Assembly (NCBI GenBank): GCA_035539635.1
Contig: DATLIE010000368.1
Span: 7,669 to 71,668, forward strand
Source of the DNA: Burkholderiaceae bacterium
Lineage (GTDB): Bacteria > Pseudomonadota > Gammaproteobacteria > Burkholderiales > Burkholderiaceae_C
DNA: 64,000 bases
Direction: 5' to 3'
The position numbers were made by a program, and so were the translations under genes. Below the pieces are notes generated by a model. That model searched no databases, was not told where the DNA came from, and saw nothing but the letters and a program-made list of their open reading frames with translations. Numbering within the stretch: position 1 is the first letter of the stretch; each line of letters opens with the position of its first letter. Of this stretch, positions 39,001 through 47,520 are shown in pieces.

Positions 39001-40240
39001 CGACCGCGTCGCCAAGCGGCAGCTGGCTCGCCAGCCGCGCCAGGGGCGCCAGGTCGAGCCGGTCGGCGCTCAGCTCGCCACCGTCGAAGGGCAAGGTGGG
39101 CGCCGACGCCGATGCGGCCGCTGGCGCGGCCTCCGACTCGCGCAGCGCCAACGCCAGACGTGTCGCGGGCCACTCGATGTCGCCGCTGGCGAAGGCCAGC
39201 CGCTCGGCGCCGAAGCGCCAGAGCCGGCCGTCGCGCGACGCGCTCACGCGGCCCTGGAGGTGCTCGACCGTCAGCGCCTGCTCGCGGCCCGGGAAGCGCA
39301 GCGCCACGTGGCGCAGCGCCACATCGGCCAGCGCCGCCCGCGGCCGGCCGTCGCGCACGTCCATCCAGGCCCGTACCGCGCCCTCGCCGGCTTCGATCTG
39401 CAGCGGCAGCACGGGCAGCAGCTGGCGCAGCGCCACCACGTCGGCACGCGGCAGCTCGGCGTAGGCGGCGCCGTGCCAGCGCCGCCAGTTGCTGCGTTGC
39501 GAAAGCAGCGGTTGCGTGAAACGCCCGATCAGCGTGAAGCGCGCCCCGACATCCGCGGGCGGCGTGGCGTCGAGGCGCATGTCGTGGCGCGCCAGGCCGT
39601 TGCGCAGCACGAAGTCGACGTCGGCCAGTTCGAGCGGAGGCGCGCCACGCTGCTCGTCGATCCAGCGCACGCGGCCATGGCGAACGGCGACCTCGCGCTG
39701 CGCGAGCAGCCAGTCGGTGCCCGCGCCCTGTTCGTCGTCGTCGGCCGTGCCGGCGCGCACCTCGATGCCGGCAATGAAGAGGCGTCCGGCCGCGTCACGC
39801 CGCACTTCGAGCGAGGCGCCTTCGACATGCAGCTGCTCGAAACGCAGCTCCAGTCCCAGGATCGAGCGCGCCGACAGCGCCGCGCTGACGCGCGGCAGCC
39901 GCAGCGCCTCGCCGCCGCCCGGGCCGGACTGCGCCGGGCGGGGCGCAAGCACCACGTCGTCGAGCTCGATCAGCGGCACCCAGCCGCTGGAGCGCACGCG
40001 AATCGCGCCGATCGTCACCGGCACGCCCAGCGCCGCGCTGGCGCGCTGCTCGATTTCGGGCTTCCATTGGCCCACCCGCGGCACAATGCCCCATTGCAGA
40101 GTCAGCCATGCGAGCAGCAATAAGCTCCAGGCACCGAACAACAGAGTGAATGCCACGCGCCACGCGACGCGCCAGCCACGATGGCGGCGACGCTCGATGC
40201 GCGGCGCGGCGGGAGCAGGGGCGTTGGAGACGGAGGACAC
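36089..40240 (-). CDS. YhdP-family (AsmA-like, TIGR02099-type) large envelope protein
   Basis: 1383 aa with an N-terminal membrane anchor. Its size and its pairing with a C-N hydrolase are typical. Confidence 0.75.
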   Translation of the reverse strand: MSSVSNAPAPAAPRIERRRHRGWRVAWRVAFTLLFGAWSLLLLAWLTLQWGIVPRVGQWKPEIEQRASAALGVPVTIGAIRVRSSGWVPLIELDDVVLAPRPAQSGPGGGEALRLPRVSAALSARSILGLELRFEQLHVEGASLEVRRDAAGRLFIAGIEVRAGTADDDEQGAGTDWLLAQREVAVRHGRVRWIDEQRGAPPLELADVDFVLRNGLARHDMRLDATPPADVGARFTLIGRFTQPLLSQRSNWRRWHGAAYAELPRADVVALRQLLPVLPLQIEAGEGAVRAWMDVRDGRPRAALADVALRHVALRFPGREQALTVEHLQGRVSASRDGRLWRFGAERLAFASGDIEWPATRLALALRESEAAPAAASASAPTLPFDGGELSADRLDLAPLARLASQLPLGDAVDKLLAELAPSGQVRELSARWEGPLDAPRRYQLKAQAAGLSIAAAPAAEPGHLGRPGWRNASLELDASEAGGRARLAIDQGALIVPGVFEQPEVALDRFSTRLAWRLTPQAGGAPPMVEVSLADTQFANADAQGQLTTAQWRTGAGAGSGRGARFPGQLDLAGQLSRGRAAAVATYLPLGVPESVRQYVQHAVTDGRVTGATFKVKGDLWDFPFVPTATAGAKPAPASGEFRIVGKVEDVALTYVPGGDGAPSAWPAFSGVAGDLVFDRTSMEIRNASARLWGVELSKVNGGIRDLGHSVLRLDGQVRGPAGDMLRYVNSTPVGAWTGQALREASAGGSTELKLALELPLADLDRSTVQGSVLLAGNDLRLTPGAPLLGNAKARIGFTQKALTVAGGSARVLGGDTSFEGGSQADGTLRFTAQGVATADGVRRAGELGGLSRLAALTSGQAPYRLALGVVRGHTEVTLTSSLAGLAIDLPTPLRKPAEAAWPLRIESRVAPDSASRDTLRVELGNVITAQYQREAGADGSLQPVRGAIGVLEPAPPLPERGVHAVLALGAVDADAWQAALAKVQGPAGTSPGTAEDGYLPRTVALRAQALSSEGRRLTNLVAGVSQDAADGTWRGSLDADQLGGYVEYRAGRGPAAPGRVYARLARLALPPSDASSVENLLADAPSTVPALDIVIDNFELRGKKLGRVEVEAVNRGPREWRMTRFVLTNPEAQLTGTGQWQAGGAAAQRMVMDFKLDLADSGAFLDRLGFPGTLRGGKGHMGGQVSWAGSPLAFHVPSLDGKLDLSIENGQFLKAGPGAGRLLSVLSLQSLPRRLVLDFRDLFQEGFAFDNVSGDVTINDGVAATRNLRMRGVQAAVLMEGHADLQRETQNLRVVVVPEINAGTASLAYAAINPAIGLGTFLAQMFLRRPLMAASTREFTVQGSWDEPKIERVERKPGEPIPEFDAAPSAPAGAPAPKPAS

Positions 40241-40367
40241 GATTGGGACAGCGGACGGATGCGAGCGCGTCGCGGCATGCGCGGGCGGCCCTGTCCTTGG
40301 AACGCCGTGCGCTGCCGTCTCGACGACAAGCTGCGCCCGGCGCGGATCAATCTAGCACAGGGCCACG

Positions 40368-43133
40368 GTGTCGCAGGACGTGACGATCGAAAGTGCGGGC
40401 ACGGCGCCCGCGGCACGCGCGGACCACAGCCGTTTCGTGCAGCGCGTGCGCCGGCGCCATGCCGACCAGCTCGCGTGGCTGGCGCCGGGCGTCCCCGACG
40501 CGGCGACGATCGCCGCGCTGATCGAGCGCCTGCTGCGCGAGGGCCAGGTCCTGCCCGCGGCGTTGCGCGTCGCGCGCCAGGTGGTGCTCGAGCGCCTGGC
40601 CACGCTCGACGTGGAAGACGCGGCGCCGCTGGCGGCGGTGACGGGCGCGATGACCGCGCTGGCCGAGACCACGCTCGAGGCGGCGCTGGCCGAGGCGCGG
40701 CGCGAGACCGGTGCGCGCCATGGCGCGCCGCACAGCGCCGCCGGCGCACCGATCGAGTTCTGGATCGTGGGCATGGGCAAGCTCGGCGCGCGCGAGCTGA
40801 ACGTGTCGTCGGACATCGACCTCGTCTACGTCTACGAGGACGAAGGCCAGACCGACGGGCCCGAGCCGGTGTCGGCGCACGAGTACTTCGCCAAGGTGGC
40901 GCGGCGCCTGTACGCGCTGATCGGCGACGTGACCGACGAGGGCTTCGTGTTCCGGGTCGACCTGGCGCTGCGGCCCAACGGCAACTCGGGGCCACCGGTC
41001 GTGAGCCTCGCGATGCTCGAGGAATATCTGCAGACGCAAGGCCGCGAGTGGGAGCGCTTCGCATGGCTCAAGAGCCGGATCGTCGCGCCGCGCGCGGCCG
41101 TCACGAGCGGCCGCGCCCTGGCCCTGCGCTCGCTCATCACGCCGTTCGTCTACCGGCGCTACCTCGACTACGGCGTGTTCGAGGGCCTGCGCCAGCTGCA
41201 CGCCAAGATCCGTGAGGAAGCGCAGCGCCGCGCTGCCGGCCGGCCCGAGCGCGGCAACGACGTCAAGCTCTCGCGCGGCGGTATTCGCGAGATCGAGTTC
41301 ATCGTGCAGCTGCTGCTGGTGGTGCGCGGCGGCCAGTTCCCCGAGATCCGCACCCGCTCCACGCTGAAGGCGCTGGAACGGCTGGCCGCGCGCGGGCTGA
41401 TGAAGCCGGCCACCGCCGCACAGCTGGCCGAGGCCTACAGCTTCCTGCGCCGCGTCGAACACCGCATCCAGTACCTCGACGACCAGCAGACGCACCGGCT
41501 CCCGGACAGCGACGCGGACCTGGGCTGGATCGCGCGCTCGCTCGGCCTCGTGTGCGATGCCGACGCCTGCGAGCTGCTCGAACGCCTGGGCCAGGTGCGC
41601 GAGCTGGTGGCCACCGAGTTCGATGCCCTGCTGCACGAAGGGCGCGGCGCGGCGGGCAACGGCGACGAGGCCAAAGGCCCCTGCCGCAGCTGCGGCACCG
41701 GCCCGCTGCCGATCGACCACGAGGCCTTTCTCGAGAAGTTGCCGCCGGCCATCGGCGAGCGCGCGCGGCGCTGGGCCCAGGGGCCACGCGTGCAGTCGCT
41801 GCGCGACCCGAGCAAGCTGCGCCTGGCGCGCCTGGTGCAGCGCGCGGCCGACGGCGTGGCGCAGGGCCGCTGCAGCGAGGACGCGGCGCTGCGCTTCATC
41901 GACTGGATCGAGCCGCTGCTGCGGCGCGAGAGCTACCTGGCGCTGCTGGTCGAGCGGCCCGAGGTCCAGCAGCGCCTGCTCGGCCTGCTCGGCTTGGCGC
42001 GCTGGCCGATGCGCTACCTGATGCAGCACCCGGGCGTGATCGACGAGCTGGCCGATGCGCGCCTGATGGCCGGGCGCTTCGAGCGCGCCGAACTGGCCAC
42101 CGAGCTCGAGGAGCGCCATGCCGCGTGGCAGCGCTCGGGCGAGGCCGGCGAAGAAGCGCTGCTCGACACGCTGCGCCGCGCCCACCATGCGGAGATCTTC
42201 CGCACCCTGGTGCGCGACATCGAGGGCCGGCTGACGGTCGAAGAGGTGGCCGACGACCTGTCGGCCCTGGCCGACACGGTGCTCGCCTGCACGCTGCGCT
42301 GGGCCTGGTCGCAACTGAAGCAGCGCCACCGCGACGAGCCGCAGTTCGCGGTCATCGCCTACGGCAAGCTCGGCGGCAAGGAGCTCGGCTACGGCAGCGA
42401 CCTGGACCTCGTCTTCGTGTTCGACGACGAGCCCGACGCCGACCGCGCACTCGAGGCCTATGGCGCCTTCGTGCGCAAGCTGATCACCTGGCTCACGGTG
42501 CGCACCGCGGCCGGCGAGCTGTTCGACATCGACACCGCGCTGCGCCCCAACGGCAACTCGGGTCTGCTGGTCACCTCGATCTCGGCCTTCGAGCAGTACC
42601 AGCGCGGCCGCGGCAGCAACACCGCGTGGACCTGGGAGCATCAGGCCCTGACGCGCGCGCGCTGCTGCACCGGGCCGCCCGCGCTGGCCGCACGCATTGA
42701 GGCCGTGCGTCGCGAGGTGCTGGCCGCGCCGCGCGACACCCAGGCGCTGCGCGCCGAAGTGCTGAGCATGCGCGAGAAGGTGCGCGCCGCGCGCCCGGTC
42801 AGGGGCGGGCTGTTCGACGTCAAGCACAGCGTCGGCGGCATGATGGACGCGGAGTTCGCGGTGCAGTACCTGGTGCTCGCACAGTCGTGTGCACACCCCG
42901 AACTGCTCGACAACGCCGGCAACATCGCGCTGCTGCAGCGCGCCGAGGCCGCGGGGCTGCTGCCCGCGGGCGTCGGCCATTCCGCGGCCGACGCCTACCG
43001 CGAGTTGCGCCGGGCCCAGCACCGGGCACGCCTGGACGAGCAGCCGACGCAGTTCCCCGCCGAAACACTGGCCGCACCGCGCGACGCCGTGCTCGCGCTC
43101 TGGCGTGCCGTGTTCGGCGGGCCGGGCGCGTGA
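40368..43133 (+). CDS. glnE: Bifunctional glutamine synthetase adenylyltransferase/adenylyl-removing enzyme
   Basis: Two nucleotidyltransferase modules: GMGKLGARELNVSSDIDLVYVYE and AYGKLGGKELGYGSDLDLVFVFD. Confidence 0.95.
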   Translation: MSQDVTIESAGTAPAARADHSRFVQRVRRRHADQLAWLAPGVPDAATIAALIERLLREGQVLPAALRVARQVVLERLATLDVEDAAPLAAVTGAMTALAETTLEAALAEARRETGARHGAPHSAAGAPIEFWIVGMGKLGARELNVSSDIDLVYVYEDEGQTDGPEPVSAHEYFAKVARRLYALIGDVTDEGFVFRVDLALRPNGNSGPPVVSLAMLEEYLQTQGREWERFAWLKSRIVAPRAAVTSGRALALRSLITPFVYRRYLDYGVFEGLRQLHAKIREEAQRRAAGRPERGNDVKLSRGGIREIEFIVQLLLVVRGGQFPEIRTRSTLKALERLAARGLMKPATAAQLAEAYSFLRRVEHRIQYLDDQQTHRLPDSDADLGWIARSLGLVCDADACELLERLGQVRELVATEFDALLHEGRGAAGNGDEAKGPCRSCGTGPLPIDHEAFLEKLPPAIGERARRWAQGPRVQSLRDPSKLRLARLVQRAADGVAQGRCSEDAALRFIDWIEPLLRRESYLALLVERPEVQQRLLGLLGLARWPMRYLMQHPGVIDELADARLMAGRFERAELATELEERHAAWQRSGEAGEEALLDTLRRAHHAEIFRTLVRDIEGRLTVEEVADDLSALADTVLACTLRWAWSQLKQRHRDEPQFAVIAYGKLGGKELGYGSDLDLVFVFDDEPDADRALEAYGAFVRKLITWLTVRTAAGELFDIDTALRPNGNSGLLVTSISAFEQYQRGRGSNTAWTWEHQALTRARCCTGPPALAARIEAVRREVLAAPRDTQALRAEVLSMREKVRAARPVRGGLFDVKHSVGGMMDAEFAVQYLVLAQSCAHPELLDNAGNIALLQRAEAAGLLPAGVGHSAADAYRELRRAQHRARLDEQPTQFPAETLAAPRDAVLALWRAVFGGPGA

Positions 43134-43708
43134 GCCGCGGCGCCGCGGCTTGGGTCGCGACGAGCGCCGCGCTGGCCCTGCTGGCCGCAGGGGCCTGGTT
43201 CGCGCCGCGCAGCGCGCTCGACTGGCAGCCGGCTCGCGCCCTCGCCGAACCCTGGCGTGCCTGGACGGCTGCCTTCGTGCACTGGACGCCCTGGCACCTG
43301 GCGGCCAACACGCTCGGCGCCGTGGTGGTGGCCGCCTTCGGTGGGGCGGCGCGGATGCCGCCGCGCGCGGCGCTGACCTGGATCGTGGCCTGGCCGCTCA
43401 CGCACGTTGCGCTGGCGCTGCAACCCGCCCTCGTGAGCTACGGCGGGCTGTCGGGCGTGCTGCACGCCGGCGTGGCGATCGCGGCCTGGCATCTTTGGCG
43501 GCATGAACCCGGGCGGGCGCGCGCGTTCGGCGCGCTCGTGTTCATCGGGCTCGTGGCCAAGATCGTGCTCGAAGCGCCCTGGCGCGCCCCGACGCAGCAC
43601 GTGCCCGGCTGGGACTTCCCTGTGGCGCCGCTGGCGCACGCGACCGGCGCATCCGCAGGACTGCTGTGCGCCGTGCTCGCCGACGCACTGAGGCGCAGGA
43701 CCGCATGA
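43130..43708 (+). CDS. Rhomboid-family intramembrane serine protease (rhombosortase-like, about 192 aa)
   Basis: WRAWTAAFVHWTPWHLAANT and GGLSGVLHAG (GxSG plus His). The GTG start overlaps the glnE stop (GTGA). Confidence 0.65.
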   Translation: MSRGAAAWVATSAALALLAAGAWFAPRSALDWQPARALAEPWRAWTAAFVHWTPWHLAANTLGAVVVAAFGGAARMPPRAALTWIVAWPLTHVALALQPALVSYGGLSGVLHAGVAIAAWHLWRHEPGRARAFGALVFIGLVAKIVLEAPWRAPTQHVPGWDFPVAPLAHATGASAGLLCAVLADALRRRTA

Positions 43709-44619
43709 CCCAGGATGCCGCCCGGCCGCAGCGCCGCGAACACCTCGACGCGCTGGCCGTGAGCCTGCTGCTCGTGTGCTGCACGCTCTGGGGCCTGAAC
43801 CAGGTGGCCGCCAAGGTGGCGCTGGCCGACGTGCCGCCGCTGACCCAGGCCGCGCTGCGCTCGCTCGGTGCGGCGCTGCTCGTGCTGGCCTGGGCGCGCT
43901 GGCGCGGCATCGCGCTGTTCGAGCGCGACCTCACCTGGCGCGGCGGGCTGCTCGCCGGCGTGCTGTTCGCGGCCGAGTTCGGCTGCATCTTCGTCGGCCT
44001 GCAATACACCAGCGCGTCGCGCATGGTGGTGTTCATCTACCTGTCGCCCTTCGTCGTCGCCCTCGGCATGCCGCTGCTGGCGCGCGGCGAGCGTCTCGGC
44101 GCAGGGCAATGGGCCGGCCTCGCCGCCGCATTCGCCGGCGTGGCGTGGGCTTTCGCCGAGGGCTTTGCGCCAGCGGCGAAGGCCCCGCCGCTGCAGTGGC
44201 TCGGCGACGCACTCGGCCTCGGCGCGGCGCTGCTCTGGGGCGCCACCACGCTCGTGATCCGCGCCACGCGGCTGTCGAGCGCGGCGGCCGAGAAGACGCT
44301 GCTGTACCAGCTCGCGCTCTCGGGCGTGCTGCTCGCGCTCGCCGCGCCGCTGGCCGGCGAGTCGTGGCCGCGGACGTGGAGCGCGCTGTCGATCGGTTCG
44401 CTGCTGTTCCAGACCGTGATCGTGTCCTTCGCGAGCTACCTCTCGTGGTTCTGGCTCGTGCGGCACTACCCGGCCACGCGCATCGCGGCGTTCACGCTGC
44501 TGACGCCGGTGGCGGGGCTGGCGGCCGGCGTGCTGCTGCTGGGCGAACCCCTGACGGCGCGCCTGGTGGTCGCGCTGCTGGCGGTGGTGGCCGGGCTGGT
44601 GCTCGTGAACCGGCGCTAA
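43705..44619 (+). CDS. EamA/DMT-family transporter
   Basis: Ten predicted hydrophobic segments with two-fold repeat architecture. The ATG overlaps the upstream stop (ATGA). Confidence 0.75.
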   Translation: MTQDAARPQRREHLDALAVSLLLVCCTLWGLNQVAAKVALADVPPLTQAALRSLGAALLVLAWARWRGIALFERDLTWRGGLLAGVLFAAEFGCIFVGLQYTSASRMVVFIYLSPFVVALGMPLLARGERLGAGQWAGLAAAFAGVAWAFAEGFAPAAKAPPLQWLGDALGLGAALLWGATTLVIRATRLSSAAAEKTLLYQLALSGVLLALAAPLAGESWPRTWSALSIGSLLFQTVIVSFASYLSWFWLVRHYPATRIAAFTLLTPVAGLAAGVLLLGEPLTARLVVALLAVVAGLVLVNRR

Positions 44620-44655
44620 GCTGAGGCCGCTGAAGACGACGAACCGGAGACGACG

Positions 44656-45339
44656 ATGACGATCACGCTGTGCGGCTTTTCGCTGTCAAACTACTACAAC
44701 AAGGCCAAGATGGTGTTGCTTGAGAAGGGCGTGCCTTTCGACGAGGAGTACAACGACTTCAAGGCATTGCAGGGCGAAGCGGCGCGCGCCGCTTCGCCGA
44801 TCGGCAAGGTGCCGTTCCTGAAGACGCCGCAGGGCCCGCTGTGCGAGAGCGCGGTGATCTGCGAGTACCTGGAGCAGATCGCGCCCGAGCCGCGCCTGCT
44901 GCCGGCCGATCCCTGGGCCGCGGCCAAGGTGCGCGAGATCGTGCAGTTCCTCGAGCTGCACCTGGAGCTCGTCGCGCGCGAGGTCTTCGGCCAGGCCTTC
45001 TTCGGCGCGCCGCCAACCAGCGACGCGCACCGCGCCCGCGTGCGCCGGCTGCTCGACCGCAACATCCCGGCCTTCAAGCGCCTGACGCGCTTCGCGCCGT
45101 ATGTGGCCGGCGAGCAGTTCACGCTCGCCGACTGCGCGGCCTACGTGCATCTGCCCGTGATCGCGATGGCGACCAAGATCGTCTACGGCGAGGACCTGGT
45201 CGCCGCGCATGGAATCGACTGGAAGGCCTACGGCAAGTTCATCGCCACGCGGCCGTCGGCGCAGCGGGTCGACGCCGACCGCAAGGCCGACCAGGCGCGC
45301 ACGCTGGCTTCGGCCCAGGCCAGCGGCTACAGGGCCTGA
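44656..45339 (+). CDS. Glutathione S-transferase family protein
   Basis: MTITLCGFSLSNYYNKAKMVLLEKGVPFDE..., VPFLKT..GPLCESAVICEYL. Confidence 0.85.
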   Translation: MTITLCGFSLSNYYNKAKMVLLEKGVPFDEEYNDFKALQGEAARAASPIGKVPFLKTPQGPLCESAVICEYLEQIAPEPRLLPADPWAAAKVREIVQFLELHLELVAREVFGQAFFGAPPTSDAHRARVRRLLDRNIPAFKRLTRFAPYVAGEQFTLADCAAYVHLPVIAMATKIVYGEDLVAAHGIDWKAYGKFIATRPSAQRVDADRKADQARTLASAQASGYRA

Positions 45340-45346
45340 GGCCGGC

Positions 45347-46204
45347 TCAGGCGGGCGCGGCGCCCGGCGGCGGCGCCAGTGCCTGCAACAGCTCCTTGCG
45401 GTAGCGATTGAGCTCCTGCACGCTGGCGAAGCTGCGTTCGAACAGCAGCGACAGGTTGTGCAGGATGCGTTCGACGACCCTGTTCTCCCACACGGCGTCG
45501 AACTGGATCTGCTTGTCGAGCCAATGCTCGAGCCACTCGGGGTTGGGCAGGCGACTCTGGACCGTGTCGCGCGGGAACAGCTTCTGGTTCACGTGCAGGT
45601 TGGTTGGATGCAGCGCCTGCGCGGTGCGGCGAGCGCTGGCCATCAGCACGCCCACCTTCGCGAAGGCGGCCCGGGCCTCGTCGCCGAAGGTCTGCATCGC
45701 GCGCTTCATGTAGCGCAGGTAGGCGCCGCCGTGGCGCGCCTCGTCACGCGCCAGCGTCTCGTAGATGGCCTTGATCACCGGCTCGGTGTGCCATTCGGCA
45801 GCGCGCCGGTACCAGTGGTTCAGGCGGATCTCGCCGCAGAAGTGCAGCATCAGCGTCTCGAGCGCCGGCGCCGGGTCGAACTCGAAGCGCACCGCGTGCA
45901 GTTCCTCCTCGGTCGGCACCAGGTCGGGCCGGAAGCGCCGCAGATACTCCATCAGCACCAGCGAGTGCTTCTGCTCCTCGAAGAACCACACGCTCATGAA
46001 GGCCGAGAAGTCGCTGTCCTCGCGGTTGTCGCGCAGGAACATCTCGGTGGCCGGCAGCGCCGCCCACTCGGTGATCGCGTTCATCTTGATGGTCTGGGCC
46101 TGCTCCTGGCTGAGCAGGCTCGCATCGAAGCGATCCCAGGGGATGTCGCTGGCCATGTTCCAGCGCACGGACTCGAGTTGCTTGAAGAGTTCGGGGTACA
46201 GCAT
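45347..46204 (-). CDS. Ferritin-like diiron-carboxylate protein (acyl-ACP-desaturase-like fold)
   Basis: Two ExxH motifs (FFEEQKH, RDEARH), each preceded by a conserved Glu-containing helix. 27 nt downstream of the photoreceptor gene on the same strand. Confidence 0.65.
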   Translation of the reverse strand: MLYPELFKQLESVRWNMASDIPWDRFDASLLSQEQAQTIKMNAITEWAALPATEMFLRDNREDSDFSAFMSVWFFEEQKHSLVLMEYLRRFRPDLVPTEEELHAVRFEFDPAPALETLMLHFCGEIRLNHWYRRAAEWHTEPVIKAIYETLARDEARHGGAYLRYMKRAMQTFGDEARAAFAKVGVLMASARRTAQALHPTNLHVNQKLFPRDTVQSRLPNPEWLEHWLDKQIQFDAVWENRVVERILHNLSLLFERSFASVQELNRYRKELLQALAPPPGAAPA

Positions 46205-46231
46205 GACGGTGGTCTCGCGGGAACGCGAAGT

Positions 46232-47218
46232 CTAGGGGCGAACGCCGGTCACCGCCGACGGGGGATGTCGATGCCGCCAGGCGATGGCCGCTTCGAGGGC
46301 CTCGTCCAGGCTGGTCATCGCCTGCACGCCGTCGAGCGCCCGACGGTGCAGCAGCGCGGCGCTGCCTCCTGCCCAGAGCTCGACATGAGAGGGCAAAGTG
46401 CGGCGCAGTTCGGTCAGGTCCTCGACGATGCGTGCCGGGTCGGCCATGCCGCTGTAACTGAGCGCCACCACGTCGACCTGCAGTGCCGCAGCGGCCCGCG
46501 CCACGTCCCACGGCGGCGTCTGGACGCCGAGCGAGACGCAGCGGCAACCCGCCGGCCTCAGCACGGCCTCGACCATCAGCAGGCCCAGCCCATGCGACTC
46601 ACCACTCGTCGTGGTCAGCAGGACACCCGGCCGGCCAGCGTCCGTCGGCGACAAACGGTGCAATGCGTGCCGCAACCGGCCCTGCACCGCCTCCGTGTAC
46701 AGATGCTCCTGATACACCTCGAGACGGCCCTGCATCCAGGCGTCACCCACCTCGGCGTTCAGCGGCGCGATGAACTCGCGCACGAAGCGGCCGAGGCCCA
46801 CTTCGGCAAGCGCGCCGTCCAGCGCGGCATGCAGCCCGGCGACGTCATGGGCGACCAGCCGGTCGACGATCTCGCGTCGGCGCCCGCGCAGCTCGTCCGC
46901 GGCCGGTGCGTCGGGCACGGCAGCCGACAAGGCACGCACGAGGCGCGCCAGTTCATCGGGCGCGGCGGGGACCACCTGGTCCGGCGCGAGGCCCGCCTCC
47001 AGCACCTGGCGAATCCAGCGCAAGCGCTGGACCTGGTCCGCCGGGTAGTGGCGCAGACCCGCCGCATCGCACCGGGGCGACGGAAATCCATAGCGACGTT
47101 CCCAGTCGAGCAGCGTGTGGCCGCTCAGCCCCGTATGCCGCTCGACCGCGGGCAGGCTCCAGCCCGCCGGCTCCGGGCCCGGGCCGATGGCAGCCCCGCT
47201 CAGCGTTTCCCCAGACAT
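46232..47218 (-). CDS. MerR-family, cobalamin-binding light-responsive repressor (CarH/LitR type)
   Basis: N-terminal MerR HTH (LPAVERHTGLSGHTLLDWERRYGFPSP...GLRHY). W-x9-EH motif (WMQGRLEVYQEH). B12-binding ExHxxG (GESHGLGLLMV) in a Rossmann-like domain. A TTG alternative start lies at 47239. Confidence 0.8.
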   Translation of the reverse strand: MSGETLSGAAIGPGPEPAGWSLPAVERHTGLSGHTLLDWERRYGFPSPRCDAAGLRHYPADQVQRLRWIRQVLEAGLAPDQVVPAAPDELARLVRALSAAVPDAPAADELRGRRREIVDRLVAHDVAGLHAALDGALAEVGLGRFVREFIAPLNAEVGDAWMQGRLEVYQEHLYTEAVQGRLRHALHRLSPTDAGRPGVLLTTTSGESHGLGLLMVEAVLRPAGCRCVSLGVQTPPWDVARAAAALQVDVVALSYSGMADPARIVEDLTELRRTLPSHVELWAGGSAALLHRRALDGVQAMTSLDEALEAAIAWRHRHPPSAVTGVRP

Positions 47219-47237
47219 GATGGCCGTCGCCTTGCGC

Positions 47238-47282
47238 AATCTATACCGTATAGTATATTATTGAACTGATGAGTTCAAATCT
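47238..47282. promoter_or_regulatory. AT-rich divergent promoter/operator island with two perfect inverted repeats
   Basis: CTATAC-c-GTATAG (47241-47253) and TTGAAC-tgatga-GTTCAA (47261-47278). TATATT/TATACT-like -10 hexamers occur on both strands. Markedly AT-rich within a GC-rich genome. Confidence 0.6.
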
Positions 47283-47486
47283 GCCCGGGCCCGCGGCCTT
47301 GCCGACACATGCCGTTGCAACGCGCAGGGTGGAACTTCTCCACGAAGGCCCGGTCCATGTCAAGGTTCAGCTTTCATTGCTGCGCAGCCTTCCAGTTCAT
47401 CTGGCTGCAATCCCAGAGCGCTTCTCCTCCTCCTCCCTCCCTCCCTCCTTCGCTCCGGGGCGCCGCGCGGCAGTCTTTACACCCAA

Positions 47487-47520
47487 GGGCATCGCTGTCG
47501 GCGATGCCCTTTTTCTTTGT
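47487..47520 (+). terminator. Intrinsic terminator inside the 5' leader of the lipid operon
   Basis: GGGCATCGC-tgtcg-GCGATGCCC followed by TTTTTCTTTGT. It ends 15 nt before the ATG at 47536. No upstream plus-strand gene exists for it to terminate. Confidence 0.65.

Noticed and set aside
37736-40123. 795-aa plus-strand ORF
   Set aside because: It lies antisense to the YhdP-like gene.
40347-43022. 891-aa minus-strand ORF
   Set aside because: It lies antisense to glnE, which carries two clear nucleotidyltransferase motifs.
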